From: Heteronotia binoei
Lineage: Eukaryota
Direction: 5' to 3'
NCBI RefSeq assembly: GCF_032191835.1
Contig: NC_083229.1
Span: 38,006,001-38,070,000, forward strand
DNA: 64,000 nt
A model generated the notes under the pieces. It was not told the DNA's origin. It worked only from the letters and a program-made list of their open reading frames with translations, and made no database searches. Below, piece by piece: positions 1 to 10,267 of the stretch. The position numbers and the translations under genes are program-made. How positions within the stretch are numbered: the stretch's first letter is position 1; the number at the start of each line of letters is the position of its first letter.

Positions 1-979
1 CTGCAGTGTTCCATTTTGCCAGATGAAGTGTCTTCAACCTACACTCTGCAAGCAAAGGGAGGCAGGAAGGAGTGCATGGGCCTGAGGACTTCCTGGCTTG
101 TTCTCTCATATCTACCCATCATATTTTTATCCTGCCCTTTCTCCAAAGAGTTCAAGGCGGCACACATCCTGTGGAGATTAAGACGAAAGAGTGGACCAGT
201 TAACCAAGGACATTCAGGAAGAATGGGGATTTGTTTGGGGGAAACATAGATTTTTTCATGATATCTGAATGCTTTATTAACAGTATAATCCTATGCAGAG
301 TTACTCCAGCCTAAGCCCATTGAAATAAAAAAGATGAAGACTACTTCATAGGATTGTAGTATGGGTTCATCTTTACAAGTGCAGCGAATCTTATGTGCAG
401 AAGAAAACATGCTTCTGTTGCATTCCTGCTGAAAACATCAGCACAGATGTGATTTGAGAGGAAACTTAAACAGACTACTATTTGACAACAGTTGCCAAAC
501 AGTACTGTATAGAAGCTGGGGGAAAACACAATGCAGTTGGGAGTCCAAGTCACAGTGAAACCACACAACAGAAATAGTCAGCTGTGAAAATATAGTTTAT
601 AAGAGAGTTTGTAGTTGATTCAAGACAACCAGGATTATACCCATAATTTTTTCAGAATACATACATAACCTTGGATCCTGCAAACATTGCGCCTATTCAG
701 GATTCATATATGAATGTTGACAGCTGAAACTGTGATGTCTTATCCTAAGACCACAGATTTAATGTTCTCTTAAGTTTGGTTCTACAGTGATCACCAGAGC
801 ATATACAATAGTGAACTGGGCTTTAACTATAAACAAACCATGCAAATCTTATTATGCCTATTTTTCCTGCTACAGGAAATAATTATAATAAATATAATAT
901 CATCAATTTAAAAACTATCTACATAATAAAATATGTATATAGCTGACTTTCAAAAATTAGTTAATAGTATCTGACATAC

Positions 980-1044
980 TTGTCCCACTCGCTGTAATCC
1001 CTTGGTATGTTTTTCTTCGTTTTTCTCTTTTTTGAAGCTTTGTC
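980..1044 (-). CDS. SPAG1: SPAG1 coding exon 5 (DKASKKRKTKKNIPRDYSEWDK)
   Basis: AG/GT-bounded 65-nt exon; matches recalled human EKYSKRPTKKKTPRDYAEWDK; phase continuous with exon 4. Confidence 0.92.
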
Positions 1045-2031
1045 CTACAATAAAGAAACAGTTGCTGTTCTACAAAATAAAGAAGCTGTTACATTTGATC
1101 CACAATTTAAATTGCAAAAAGAGAGGGAAAAATAATCCTATGTTGACCAAGAACACTTGAATTAAAATTGTCTTCAGATGCGTTCTGGCCTTCTAGTTTT
1201 CTTCAATAAAAACATGGTGGAATAGCATTGATTCACTGTGTTTCTTCCAAGGATTAGGCTTACAGCATTACAGCAGTGCAGGTCACCTGAATACAGTTTT
1301 TATTTCCTCATCCTCTTTTTTGTCTTCAAAGGGTTCCCCAGAAGCTGCACTTCCACTAAATGAAAGGAAATTTGTCATATCCCCACAAGTCCCTTGTCAG
1401 GCTTTGGTAGCACTTCCAAGCATGGCTTTATTAAGGGACAGACACTCACAAAGCAGCCAAAATAAATACAGTTTGCAAGTCCACACTTTTGTGATCTCAC
1501 TGGGGCAATGGTATAAATAGCTTTATTCACAGGAATTGCTGAATGTAACTATCTGCTGTATTTCAACCAACTTCTTCAGACTAACACAGGAAAATGAAAG
1601 TAAGGAAGAGAGCTGTCTAGGGGATGCAGACTTCCTCCATATCATAATCAGGATCTAGTTAACTCTTTACTATTCTTTTTACTATACAAATGACTTCTGA
1701 AATGAATGCAAAACAGAGGGACTGCTCTTCATTTCTCACACATGTCACTCACTCACTGCAAAGAGCTACATGGCTTTGCCTGCTTACCGTCCCCCCATGC
1801 AGCTTTCATCCTGCTGAGCTTTAAAGGCACACACACATTCCAAAATACAAACAGTTTGCAATCTTCTTCTAAATCTGTTGAGATTTAAAGGCACATCATG
1901 GTTGTTGGGGCCGTACTTCCCCCTGCCAGCCAGCTGGCTGGTGGTAGGGAGGCGCCTGCAAAACTGGGGGATCCCCTGCCCAGACCCGGGGGCTGGTAAG
2001 CCTAACTGGAGCCCATTCCTTCTCTATAGTG

Positions 2032-2167
2032 TAGGGGTGGCCAACAGTAGCTCTCCAGTTGTTTTTTGCCTACAACTCCCATCAGCCCCAGCCAGCATGG
2101 CCAATGGCTGAGGTTGATGGGAGTAGTAGGCAAAAAACATCTGGAGAGCTACCGCTGGCCACTCCTG
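2032..2167. mobile_element. Palindromic hAT MITE
   Basis: TIR (c/t)aggggtggcca...tggccactcctg; perfect 8-bp TSD ctatagtg. Confidence 0.9.
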
Positions 2168-2605
2168 CTATAGTGGAACAAACCTCTGGAGGGGGGGCAC
2201 TGTTTTTAAAAGTGTTCAGGAGGCAATGTAAGGCCCTTTTTTTCTTCGGGCTTTTAAACTGCAGTCAATTGGGGGGGGATTAATGGAGTTTTATTGTGGT
2301 TTTGTACATTTTTAATCTCACAACTGTAAGCCACATGGGCAAGACAAAGTATAAACATTTTAATAAATAAATAAATAAAAGCAAGTCAAACTGAACACAG
2401 ACTTACTTCTAAATATATATTCACAACTCGGTGGTGCATATCTAAAAGACCCTTCTGAATTAATTTGTAGATGGTCATTATATCATTTGCAAATATTTCA
2501 ATGGGAAAAATCCTAGCAAAGACAAACACTGGAAATAAGTGTCTATTAGGCAGAATAAAATTCACATATAGATACTGAACAGGAAGTATAGAAGTCAAAT
2601 CACAC

Positions 2606-2731
2606 CTGGCTAATAGGCCCAAAGCTATCTGAATGACGAACTGGTGGCATGTTTTCCAGGTTCTCTTTGAATACTTCAGTTGTAGCATACCGCATTTTAT
2701 ATTCCTCTTCTTTCATATCTGTTAACCAGTT
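2606..2731 (-). CDS. SPAG1: SPAG1 coding exon 4 (NWLTDMKEEEYKMRY...NMPPVRHSDSFGPISQ)
   Basis: 126-nt phase-0 exon, ttcag acceptor and gtgtga donor; aligns to recalled human SWVSEIKKEEDKMHF...LPPVRGSNS. Confidence 0.9.
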
Positions 2732-3881
2732 CTGAAGCATGAAGACAATATTACTGCATTTCAAGATCTGAAACACATATTTTCTCAGTAACCTTTATTT
2801 TTAATATGCATCTCTGGTTCTAAATTTTTTAATTGCAGAAAAAATGCTGGAAGCAAAAAGGTAAAATATCATCAAAATCGATCAGTGTCCAAACAACTAC
2901 AACAAAGGATCTACATTAGGCAGGGGTGTTTTTTTTTTTTGCTTTAAGTGACATTCTTCTATCCAATCTTACAAGTTAAGAACTGCTTTTGAAATTCCCT
3001 TCACTTTCAAAAGTCATATGACACCCATGATGAATGAGGATAGTGCTAGTCAAGAAAAACATCTTAAATTGTCTTAGGTACATTGAACTAATTGTGCAGT
3101 TTGGACAGAACCAAAATGATATGTTGTTATTATATATAGATACAGATATACACACTATATTAACTGCATTCATACTTTTTTCTTAGTTTGTATACATTAA
3201 ACACAACAGTGGGGGGTTTTTTCATTTCCAAGAATTGAAGTTTCTCCCTCCAACTAAACTTTTGATCTATATAGTAGATCTATAATTTTAAAAAATTATT
3301 GGCCAAAGTGATGATTTAACACAAGCTTCATAGTACATTTCAACTGCAAGGATCCAAAATAAAGCATGACAACAAAGAAGTAGCGAGATGAAGATAAAAT
3401 TCAAGCAACACACTACTAAAAACAATATTGATCTGTCCCTTCATGACACTTAAGAACCAAATTGATACCATAATGAAATGTTTATGCAAAGTACATTAAA
3501 CTCCTATTCCTGGATCTACTATAAAGGTCTGTTACTCACTAACAGTGTAATCCTAAAAAGAGTTACACCCTTCTAAGCCAGCTGACTTCAGTGAATTTAT
3601 AACTCTGTTTAGGATTTGCATTATAAGGATCTGTGACCAGAAATCCAGTCTGTGACCTAAAGGAGAAGAGGTTGGCAAGAGTGAACCAATGCTGCATTGT
3701 TTTTATAATAAATTTTTTAAGTATGCTGTAAAATGCCTTGAGAGCTTTGTGCTACAAAGCAATATAGAAATAAACAAAGGATTTTGCACAGTATGTTAAG
3801 ATGAGGACAGGATTCATGGGGTTACCTAACTAGATACTAAATAAGCACTTTAACACAATACAGAATGCAGCTATAAAATAC

Positions 3882-4041
3882 CTTCATTTCATCATTTATT
3901 TTTTCCCATTCCTCAGCAGTAAAATCAGAAGCAGTAGCTGCTGGTTTCTCTTTTCGTAGAGCTCTGCTGTTTGGAGCCAACGATTCAATGCGTTTTTCAC
4001 AAAATAACGTAAGATCAGGATAACAGCCTTCCTCACCAGAC
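3882..4041 (-). CDS. SPAG1: SPAG1 coding exon 3 (SGEEGCYPDLTLFCEKRIESLAPNSRALRKEKPAATASDFTAEEWEKINDEMK)
   Basis: 160-nt exon, AG/GT; strong match to recalled human SGEEGYYPELTEFCEKHLQALAPESRALRKDKPAATAASFTAEEWEKI. Confidence 0.96.
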
Positions 4042-4160
4042 CTTGAAATAAAGACATGCCACATCACTGCATGATCTGAGCCTATACATATCAGTGTTTC
4101 ATGTTTTTAAAGAATAAATAGTAATACTCACCTGCACTCATCTCTTACTTTTCAGAAGTA

Positions 4161-4661
4161 CATAAGAACATAAGAGAAGCCATGTTGGATCAGCCCAATG
4201 GCCCATCCAGTCCAACACNNNNNNNNNNNNNNNNNNNNNNNNNNNNNNNNNNNNNNNNNNNNNNNNNNNNNNNNNNNNNNNNNNNNNNNNNNNNNNNNNN
4301 NNNNNNNNNNNNNNNNNNNNNNNNNNNNNNNNNNNNNNNNNNNNNNNNNNNNGGACCTCTGCTCCATATTTTTATGTAACCTCCTTTTGCAGCTGGCTAT
4401 GCTTGTAGCCACTGCCACATCCCGTGGCTATGAATTCCACATGTCAATCACCCTTTGGGTGAAGAAGTACTTCCTTCCATCTGTTTTAACCCAGCTGCTC
4501 AGCAATTTCATTGAATGCCCACAAGTTCTTGTAGTGTGAGAAAGGGAGAAAAGTACTTCTTTCTTTGCTTTCTCCATCCCATGCATAATCTTGTAAACCT
4601 CTATCATGTCACCCTGCAGTCGACGTTTCTCCAAGCTAAAGAGCCCCAAGCGTTTTAACCT
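4161..4661 (-). mobile_element. CR1 LINE 3' end (split by DIRS)
   Basis: RLKRLGLFSLEKRRLQGDMIEVYKIMHG C-terminus and a (TTCTTATG)-type 3' tail; contains an N gap. Confidence 0.92.
4219..4352. other. Assembly gap (134 N)
   Basis: Run of N within the CR1 3' end. Confidence 1.
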
Positions 4662-4846
4662 ATCTTCTTCGTGGTCTCTGTGCATCACACTTGTGGGATA
4701 CTGCGCCTGCGCCGGTCCCCAATAGGTATCTGTAAGAAAGCCTGGGAATTTTCTGCGGTCGGCGCCACTGGGCATGCGCAGGCGTCCCATTGCGCACGCC
4801 CAACAGCGCCATCGCGGTAATCCTGCCCGTTCCTTTCTGACCGCTG
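4662..4846 (+). repeat. DIRS left ITR
   Basis: About 4680-4846 is the reverse complement of about 10411-10575 with scattered mismatches. Confidence 0.93.
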
Positions 4847-5106
4847 CACGAAGAAGCTGCGTTTCCTCGTGTTCCCGGTCGGTGAGCTTCGGGTTTTACC
4901 CTTTTTTCCCCAGCCTCTGTATATATAGCCTGTTTGTTGTTTTCCTTAGAGTAGTAGTTAGTTTCTTAGTTAGTTAGTAAAAAAAAAAGACTTTGTATTT
5001 TTCCGGGTGCGTGTTGTGGCGGGTCGCCCTCCGGGGCCTTCCCCCTGTTGTTCCCTAGCTTTTTTCCCCCTCTCAGAGGACTCTGAGAGGATCTTCCCAG
5101 TGACGA

Positions 5107-7315
5107 TTGTCTATGGACAGTCGCTGGGGTTTTTTTAAGAGGTGCCAGGCCTGCGGGAAGAAGATTGCCCCTCCCGACGGCCATTCCCTGTGTCTTCTCT
5201 GCTTGGGTGAAGCGCACCGTGTGGAGGCCTGCCCACACTGCCTCCGCTTCTCCAAGCAAACCAGGAAGAACAGGGCAGCAAGGCTCTCGGCCGCACTGAC
5301 TGCCTCGGCACTTCGTCCTCCGAAACCAACGGCGGGTCCTTCGGCATCAGTACCGAAAATGGCGGCCGCCCAACCCCCGACGGTCCCATCCACCGATGTG
5401 ACTTTGGTCGAGGCGGAAGCTCCGAGGGAGCAACAGCCCGCGAAACGAGCCCTTGAGGCGTCGGTCGAGAGGCCTGCGAAGAAGCGACGGGAGGAGGCGG
5501 GCCGAGAATCCTCCAAGAAGGCGAAGAGCAAGGAGAAGCGAAAGCGACCACGCTCCACTTCACCTTCCCCCGACGTGTCGGCACCGATCGCCATCGAGCC
5601 GCCGAGAAGGGTTCCTCCCTCTCCGCTGCGCAGCTCGCCGACTCCAGGGGCCGGCGCGCATCGGCCGCATAGCCCTTCAACTCCAAGGGCTAGCGTCCAT
5701 CGGCCACGCAGCCCTCTGACTCCAAGGGCTAGCGCTCATCGGCATCGCAGCCCGCCAATCCTCGGGCCCAGCACTCATCGGCCGCGACCCCCAGCATCGG
5801 AAGTGGAGATCGACCTAACCCGTCGATCTCCATCGGTGGCATCCCGTCGACGGAGCGTCGGCTCGGCATCCGATGTTGAAGCAACGACATCGGCCGATGT
5901 GGCGACGCCCACAGCGCCTAAGCGCGTGAGAGAGAGGGAGCCGTCGGTCGAGCCTCGCCGCTTCCCACCGATACCCCCCTGGGAGCAGCATAGATAGCAG
6001 TCGACCTACCCCTGCTGCCTGCAGTACCATTGGTACCAGCCAGCGGAGCACCCGGAGTGGGAGCATCGGTCCGAAATGTCCTCGTTCTCCAGGACATCGC
6101 ACCGATCCAGACGACCATCGGTCTCGATCCCACCGGAGCGACGCGTCGCACCGACAGAGCCCCCGCACCGACCACCGACGCCGATCCAGTCGCCACGGAG
6201 GGAGCCAACATCACCCCTGTCGGCGCGCTCGGAGCACAGAGAGTCTTCGCCATCGGGGTCGGAGAGCGACGAGGAGAGAACCTGGGAACCCTCGCCGGAT
6301 CCCAACACAGCGGAGGACCTCCCAGTCTCGCCCTCTGAAGACCTGCGGTCCTATGCGGAGATGGTTAAAAGGATGGCAACCACCATTTCCCTACCCATCT
6401 CCCAGCCCAAGCCAGTTGTGGACGATAACGTTTTTGATATCATCCAACGGGACACCTCCGCGGCTGTAGCCCTGCCAGTGACCAGGGTCATACTACAGGC
6501 ACTCAAGGACCCATGGAAGAAGCCATCCTCGGCATCGGTGTCCTCGAGGAAGCTGGACCATATGTACAAGGTCCAGGAGACGGGGGCTGAGTTTCTCTTC
6601 ACGCACCCAAAACCGAACTCAGCCATCGTCTCGTCTTCCTCGAGGTCGCGCAGGGTGCATTCTGCCCCCCCCTGACAAGGAGGGGAAGAAATTGGATACC
6701 ATGGGCAGGAAGATCTACTCGGCGGGATCCCTGGGCACGAAGGTATCGAACTATGCGGCCTGCATGGCGAGATACCAGTACGCCATGTGGGAACAGCTGT
6801 CCCCCCTCCTGTCCTCCCTACCCGAGGACAAGAAAATGGCTGCCAAGAGACTGCAAATGGAAGGCCTGACGGTAGCCAAGCAGCAGCTAGCAGCAGCGAG
6901 GCACATGGTGGACGTGTCTGCCTCGGCCATCATGTCCGCCGTCTCCATCCGTAGACACTCCTGGCTGAGGTCTACCGCCCTACAGCAAGACACCAGGGCG
7001 CTCATCGAGGACTTACCCTTTGAAGGGGACGGTCTCTTTAGTACCACCACGGACAACGCCCTGCAGGAACTGGATAAAAACCTGAAGATCTCCAGGAGCC
7101 TGGGGGTTCAGGCACCCTCCAGACAACCCAGGGCCAGGCAGTGGAGCAGATCCTGGACCAGGAAACCTACCCACAAGCCACCCTCAGACCAGCAGTGGCG
7201 CCCTCGCTCCTCACAACCCGACAAGCCTGCCTACTCGGGTAACAACAGAGGTCGCTACAGCACCCAGCCCTCAGGCAAGCCTAAGGGGGCCCGCCCCTCC
7301 AAGCAGGGACTTTGA
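5107..7315 (+). pseudogene. DIRS gag (ORF1), interrupted by one nonsense codon and one +1 frameshift
   Basis: N-terminal Cys/His finger (CQAC...H..CLLC...H...CPHC); TAG at 5995-5997 with the frame continuing; C8 run at 6665-6672, where removing one C restores APPDKEGKKLDTMGRK; C-terminal part resembles the DIRS-gag/LAP2alpha-type domain. Confidence 0.85.
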
Positions 7316-9209
7316 CTTCTTTGTCCCACGCATCGTTGCCCCCACCCATTCCACTATCCGCCTCCGCCCCTTCCTGCCTGCCTGGGATCGGGTCTCCTCA
7401 GACAGGTGGGCCCTTTCCATCATCAGAGAGGGCTACAAAATAGACTTTGCTCAGATTCCAAACCAGTCCATAGTGATTACCACCCCTCCCTCCCCGCCTC
7501 TGCTGGCGGAGGTGGCCAACCTCCTACAGAAACAAGCCATAGAGATGGTTCCCTCAGGGGACATGGCGGGTGGTTTCTACTCCCGCTACTTCCTTGTTCC
7601 CAAGAGGGATGGAGGCCTGAGACCCATCATGGACCTTCGGAATCTGAACAAATTCATCCTGTACCAGAAGTTCAGGATGTCCACACTACAATCTATCCTG
7701 CCCCTCATCAACCAAGGAGATTGGATGGCCACCATAGATCTCAAGGATGCTTACTTCCATATCAGCATCCACCCAGAGTTCAGAAGGTTTTTGAGGTTTG
7801 CTGTGGGCCCGCAACACTTCCAGTTCACGGCCCTACCATTCGGACTCTCCACAGCACCCAGGGTGTTTACAAAAATGATGAGCGTAGTAGCTGCCCACCT
7901 CCGGTTGCAGGGAGTGATAGTCTTCCCATATATAGACGACTGGCTCCTGGTGGCCAGATCAAGGGAAGATCTGTCTGCTCGCATCACATCCACACTACGC
8001 CTTCTCGAGGCCCTGGGTTTGCAGGTCAACCTAGAGAAATCAAAACTCACTCCATCAAGGACAGTGCAGTTCATTGGGGCAGTACTGGACACAAACCTAC
8101 ATCGGGCGTTCCTGCCCGCCCAGAGGGCAGAGGACATCATCAACACAGTGCAGTTGCTTCAAAGACAAGGGTGGGGCACAGTACAACAGCTTCAGTGGAT
8201 GCTGGGACTGATGGCGGCGACGACAAGCGTGCTACTCTTCGCGAAACTGAGGATGAGAGACCTGCAGCTATGGTTTCTCTGTCAGTTCCGCCCAACCAAA
8301 GACTCACCTCGAAAGAGGTTCACTATTCCTCCTACGACGCTCCAATCGCTCCAGTGGTGGGAGTCGAAGGACAATATCTGCCAAGGAGCGCCCTTCCATC
8401 TCCCGGCCCCCACAGTGACCATCACCATGGACGCTTCCCTGTGGGGTTGGGGGGCCCACATGGACGGACTGTGCGTGGGGGGCCAGTGGCCTCCCAAGCT
8501 GGCCCTGCACCACATAAATTACCTGGAACTGCTGGCGGTACACTTTGCCCTTCGTTCATTCCGCCCGAAGCTGGCGGGAAAGACAGTGGCACTGCTCACA
8601 GACAATACCACCGCCCTAGCTTACATCAACAGGCAAGGTGGGACGGTGTCCCGTCGGCTCTGTGCACTCGCGATGGACTTGTGGACGAAATGCATCCAGC
8701 ACGACATCTTTGTGAAGGCCGCACATCTCCCAGGGGTCCTCAACATACAGGCGGACTCCCTGAGCAGAAGGGGGGCCTCACCACACGAGTGGGAACTTCA
8801 GTGGCGCTTCCTGCAACCAGTCTTCCAGCTTTGGGGGTACCCACAGCTGGATGCCTTCGCCACAGCAGACAACAAGAAGTGCCCCATGTTCTGCTCCAGA
8901 GGGGGGGCCGACCCAGCATCCCTGGGGGACAGACTCCTCATCCCCTGGGAGGGCCGTTTTCTTTACCTGTTCCCGCCCCTCCCCCTGTTGACGAGAGTAG
9001 TCAGCAAGATAGCAACGGAAAAGCCACGTTGCATCCTGGTAACCCCCTGGTGGCCTCGCCAGAACTGGTTCTCCTCCCTACTACAGCTGTCGGGGGGGAA
9101 CTTCTACCACTTCCCAGCGGAACCAGACCTCTTGTCGTCTCAGGGGGGGCACGTGCTGCACCACAACGTGCCACACCTGAAACTGACAGCGTGGCTTATA
9201 GACCCATAG
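7311..9209 (+). CDS. DIRS pol: reverse transcriptase, RNase H and C-terminal adenine-methyltransferase-like domain
   Basis: Stop-free from 7086 to 9209; YIDD at 7929-7940; RNase H D(ASLWGWG), E(LLAV), D(NTTA), D(SLSR); FPP motif at 8970-8978; first ATG only at 7545. Confidence 0.95.
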   Translation, partial: FDFFVPRIVAPTHSTIRLRPFLPAWDRVSSDRWALSIIREGYKIDFAQIPNQSIVITTPPSPPLLAEVANLLQKQAIEMVPSGDMAGGFYSRYFLVPKRDGGLRPIMDLRNLNKFILYQKFRMSTLQSILPLINQGDWMATIDLKDAYFHISIHPEFRRFLRFAVGPQHFQFTALPFGLSTAPRVFTKMMSVVAAHLRLQGVIVFPYIDDWLLVARSREDLSARITSTLRLLEALGLQVNLEKSKLTPSRTVQFIGAVLDTNLHRAFLPAQRAEDIINTVQLLQRQGWGTVQQLQWMLGLMAATTSVLLFAKLRMRDLQLWFLCQFRPTKDSPRKRFTIPPTTLQSLQWWESKDNICQGAPFHLPAPTVTITMDASLWGWGAHMDGLCVGGQWPPKLALHHINYLELLAVHFALRSFRPKLAGKTVALLTDNTTALAYINRQGGTVSRRLCALAMDLWTKCIQHDIFVKAAHLPGVLNIQADSLSRRGASPHEWELQWRFLQPVFQLWGYPQLDAFATADNKKCPMFCSRGGADPASLGDRLLIPWEGRFLYLFPPLPLLTRVVSKIATEKPRCILVTPWWPRQNWFSSLLQLSGGNFYHFPAEPDLLSSQGGHVLHHNVPHLKLTAWLIDP

Positions 9210-10228
9210 AGTTCTCGGGCAGGGTCCAAGAGGTCCTCCTAAATAGCAGAAAACCCTCCACCAGAGCGTCCTACGATAGGAAGTGGAGGAAGTTCTCGAA
9301 CTTTATGGCTGACCGGTCAGGCACACCAAGGGAGGCAGGCCTGCCGGCAATCTTTGACTTTTTGCTGTCCCTAGTCGATGCAGGCCTAGTCTTCTCTTCC
9401 ATTAAAGTTTACCTGGCAGCCATTTCTGCCTTTCACGAACCTGTGGGCGGATACTCCATTTTCGCCCACCCCCAGTCCAAAAAGTTTATGAGGGGGCTGT
9501 TTAGACTGCATCCACCATCTAAGCCTTTCACTCAGTTGTGGGACTTGACACTGGTCCTAGACATACTAACCAGGCGTCCCTTCGAGCCTATGGCCACATG
9601 CTCCCTGCAGCTCCTGTCCTGGAAGACTGCCTTTTTGGTGGCCATCACTTCCGCACGTAGGGTGGGGGAGCTCACGGCGATGCGTTGTGACTACCCTTAC
9701 CTAGCCTTTAGAGAATCTGGTGTCTCCCTGGCCCCAGACATCAACTTCCTCCCTAAGGTGGCCTCCCAATTCCATCTCAACCTAGAGGTTTGGCTACCAA
9801 GCTTTTTCCCTAACCCCTCCTCGGACGAGGAGCGTAGGTTGCACGCCTTAGACGTCAAGCGTGCCTTGCTCTTTTACCTAAAGCGCTCTAAAGCCTTCCG
9901 CAGGGACCAGCAGCTATTCGTCTCATACACTGCGCCCAGACTGGGCTCCAGGATCTCGTCACAGAGATTCTCGAAGTGGCTGACAGAGACCATCAAGATC
10001 TGCTATCTCCTAGCAAAGAGGCCGCTGCCGGGACCTGTCCGTGGACACTCCACAAGAGCGATGGCGACATCGGTGGCGTTCCTGAAGGGCGTGCCCTTGA
10101 CGGATGTCTGCAAAGCTGCTACCTGGTCTTCCCCGCATGCCTTCATGAAGCACTACTCGCTGGACGTGCATGCTCAACAGAGGACTCGGTTGGGGACTGC
10201 GGTTCTACAATCTGCTGTTTCCGGTTGA
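7316..10228 (+). CDS. DIRS tyrosine recombinase ORF overlapping pol
   Basis: Open frame from the gag stop to 10228; catalytic R (ARRVGEL, 9656), HSTR (10046-10057), W and Y (KHY, 10154). Confidence 0.95.
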   Translation, partial: LLCPTHRCPHPFHYPPPPLPACLGSGLLRQVGPFHHQRGLQNRLCSDSKPVHSDYHPSLPASAGGGGQPPTETSHRDGSLRGHGGWFLLPLLPCSQEGWRPETHHGPSESEQIHPVPEVQDVHTTIYPAPHQPRRLDGHHRSQGCLLPYQHPPRVQKVFEVCCGPATLPVHGPTIRTLHSTQGVYKNDERSSCPPPVAGSDSLPIYRRLAPGGQIKGRSVCSHHIHTTPSRGPGFAGQPREIKTHSIKDSAVHWGSTGHKPTSGVPARPEGRGHHQHSAVASKTRVGHSTTASVDAGTDGGDDKRATLRETEDERPAAMVSLSVPPNQRLTSKEVHYSSYDAPIAPVVGVEGQYLPRSALPSPGPHSDHHHGRFPVGLGGPHGRTVRGGPVASQAGPAPHKLPGTAGGTLCPSFIPPEAGGKDSGTAHRQYHRPSLHQQARWDGVPSALCTRDGLVDEMHPARHLCEGRTSPRGPQHTGGLPEQKGGLTTRVGTSVALPATSLPALGVPTAGCLRHSRQQEVPHVLLQRGGRPSIPGGQTPHPLGGPFSLPVPAPPPVDESSQQDSNGKATLHPGNPLVASPELVLLPTTAVGGELLPLPSGTRPLVVSGGARAAPQRATPETDSVAYRPIEFSGRVQEVLLNSRKPSTRASYDRKWRKFSNFMADRSGTPREAGLPAIFDFLLSLVDAGLVFSSIKVYLAAISAFHEPVGGYSIFAHPQSKKFMRGLFRLHPPSKPFTQLWDLTLVLDILTRRPFEPMATCSLQLLSWKTAFLVAITSARRVGELTAMRCDYPYLAFRESGVSLAPDINFLPKVASQFHLNLEVWLPSFFPNPSSDEERRLHALDVKRALLFYLKRSKAFRRDQQLFVSYTAPRLGSRISSQRFSKWLTETIKICYLLAKRPLPGPVRGHSTRAMATSVAFLKGVPLTDVCKAATWSSPHAFMKHYSLDVHAQQRTRLGTAVLQSAVSG

Positions 10229-10267
10229 CCGTCTTCCCACCTCCAGGTATGCCTTGCTTGCTAATCT

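Noticed and set aside
1-979. Next SPAG1 exon (FDVEKEC... equivalent)
   Set aside because: No matching AG/GT-bounded segment found; it probably lies left of the window.
5995-6003. TAG-CAG-TCG as a TMV-like (UAG-CAR-YYA) programmed readthrough inside gag
   Set aside because: Incomplete match; a single C-to-T or G-to-A nonsense mutation is simpler. Revisit only if other copies share the stop.
4966-7056. Many 90-180 aa antisense and alternate-frame ORFs over DIRS gag
   Set aside because: Shadows of a GC-rich, low-complexity coding region; no motifs.
6076-7315. Host LAP2alpha/TMPO-like gene
   Set aside because: The similarity reflects the DIRS-gag origin of that domain; the sequence lies inside ITR-bounded DIRS.
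8840-10228. Bacterial or phage contamination (Dam methylase plus integrase)
   Set aside because: Both domains are standard DIRS1 parts, embedded in a vertebrate intron with a precise CR1 junction. No CRISPR array or prokaryotic operon is present.
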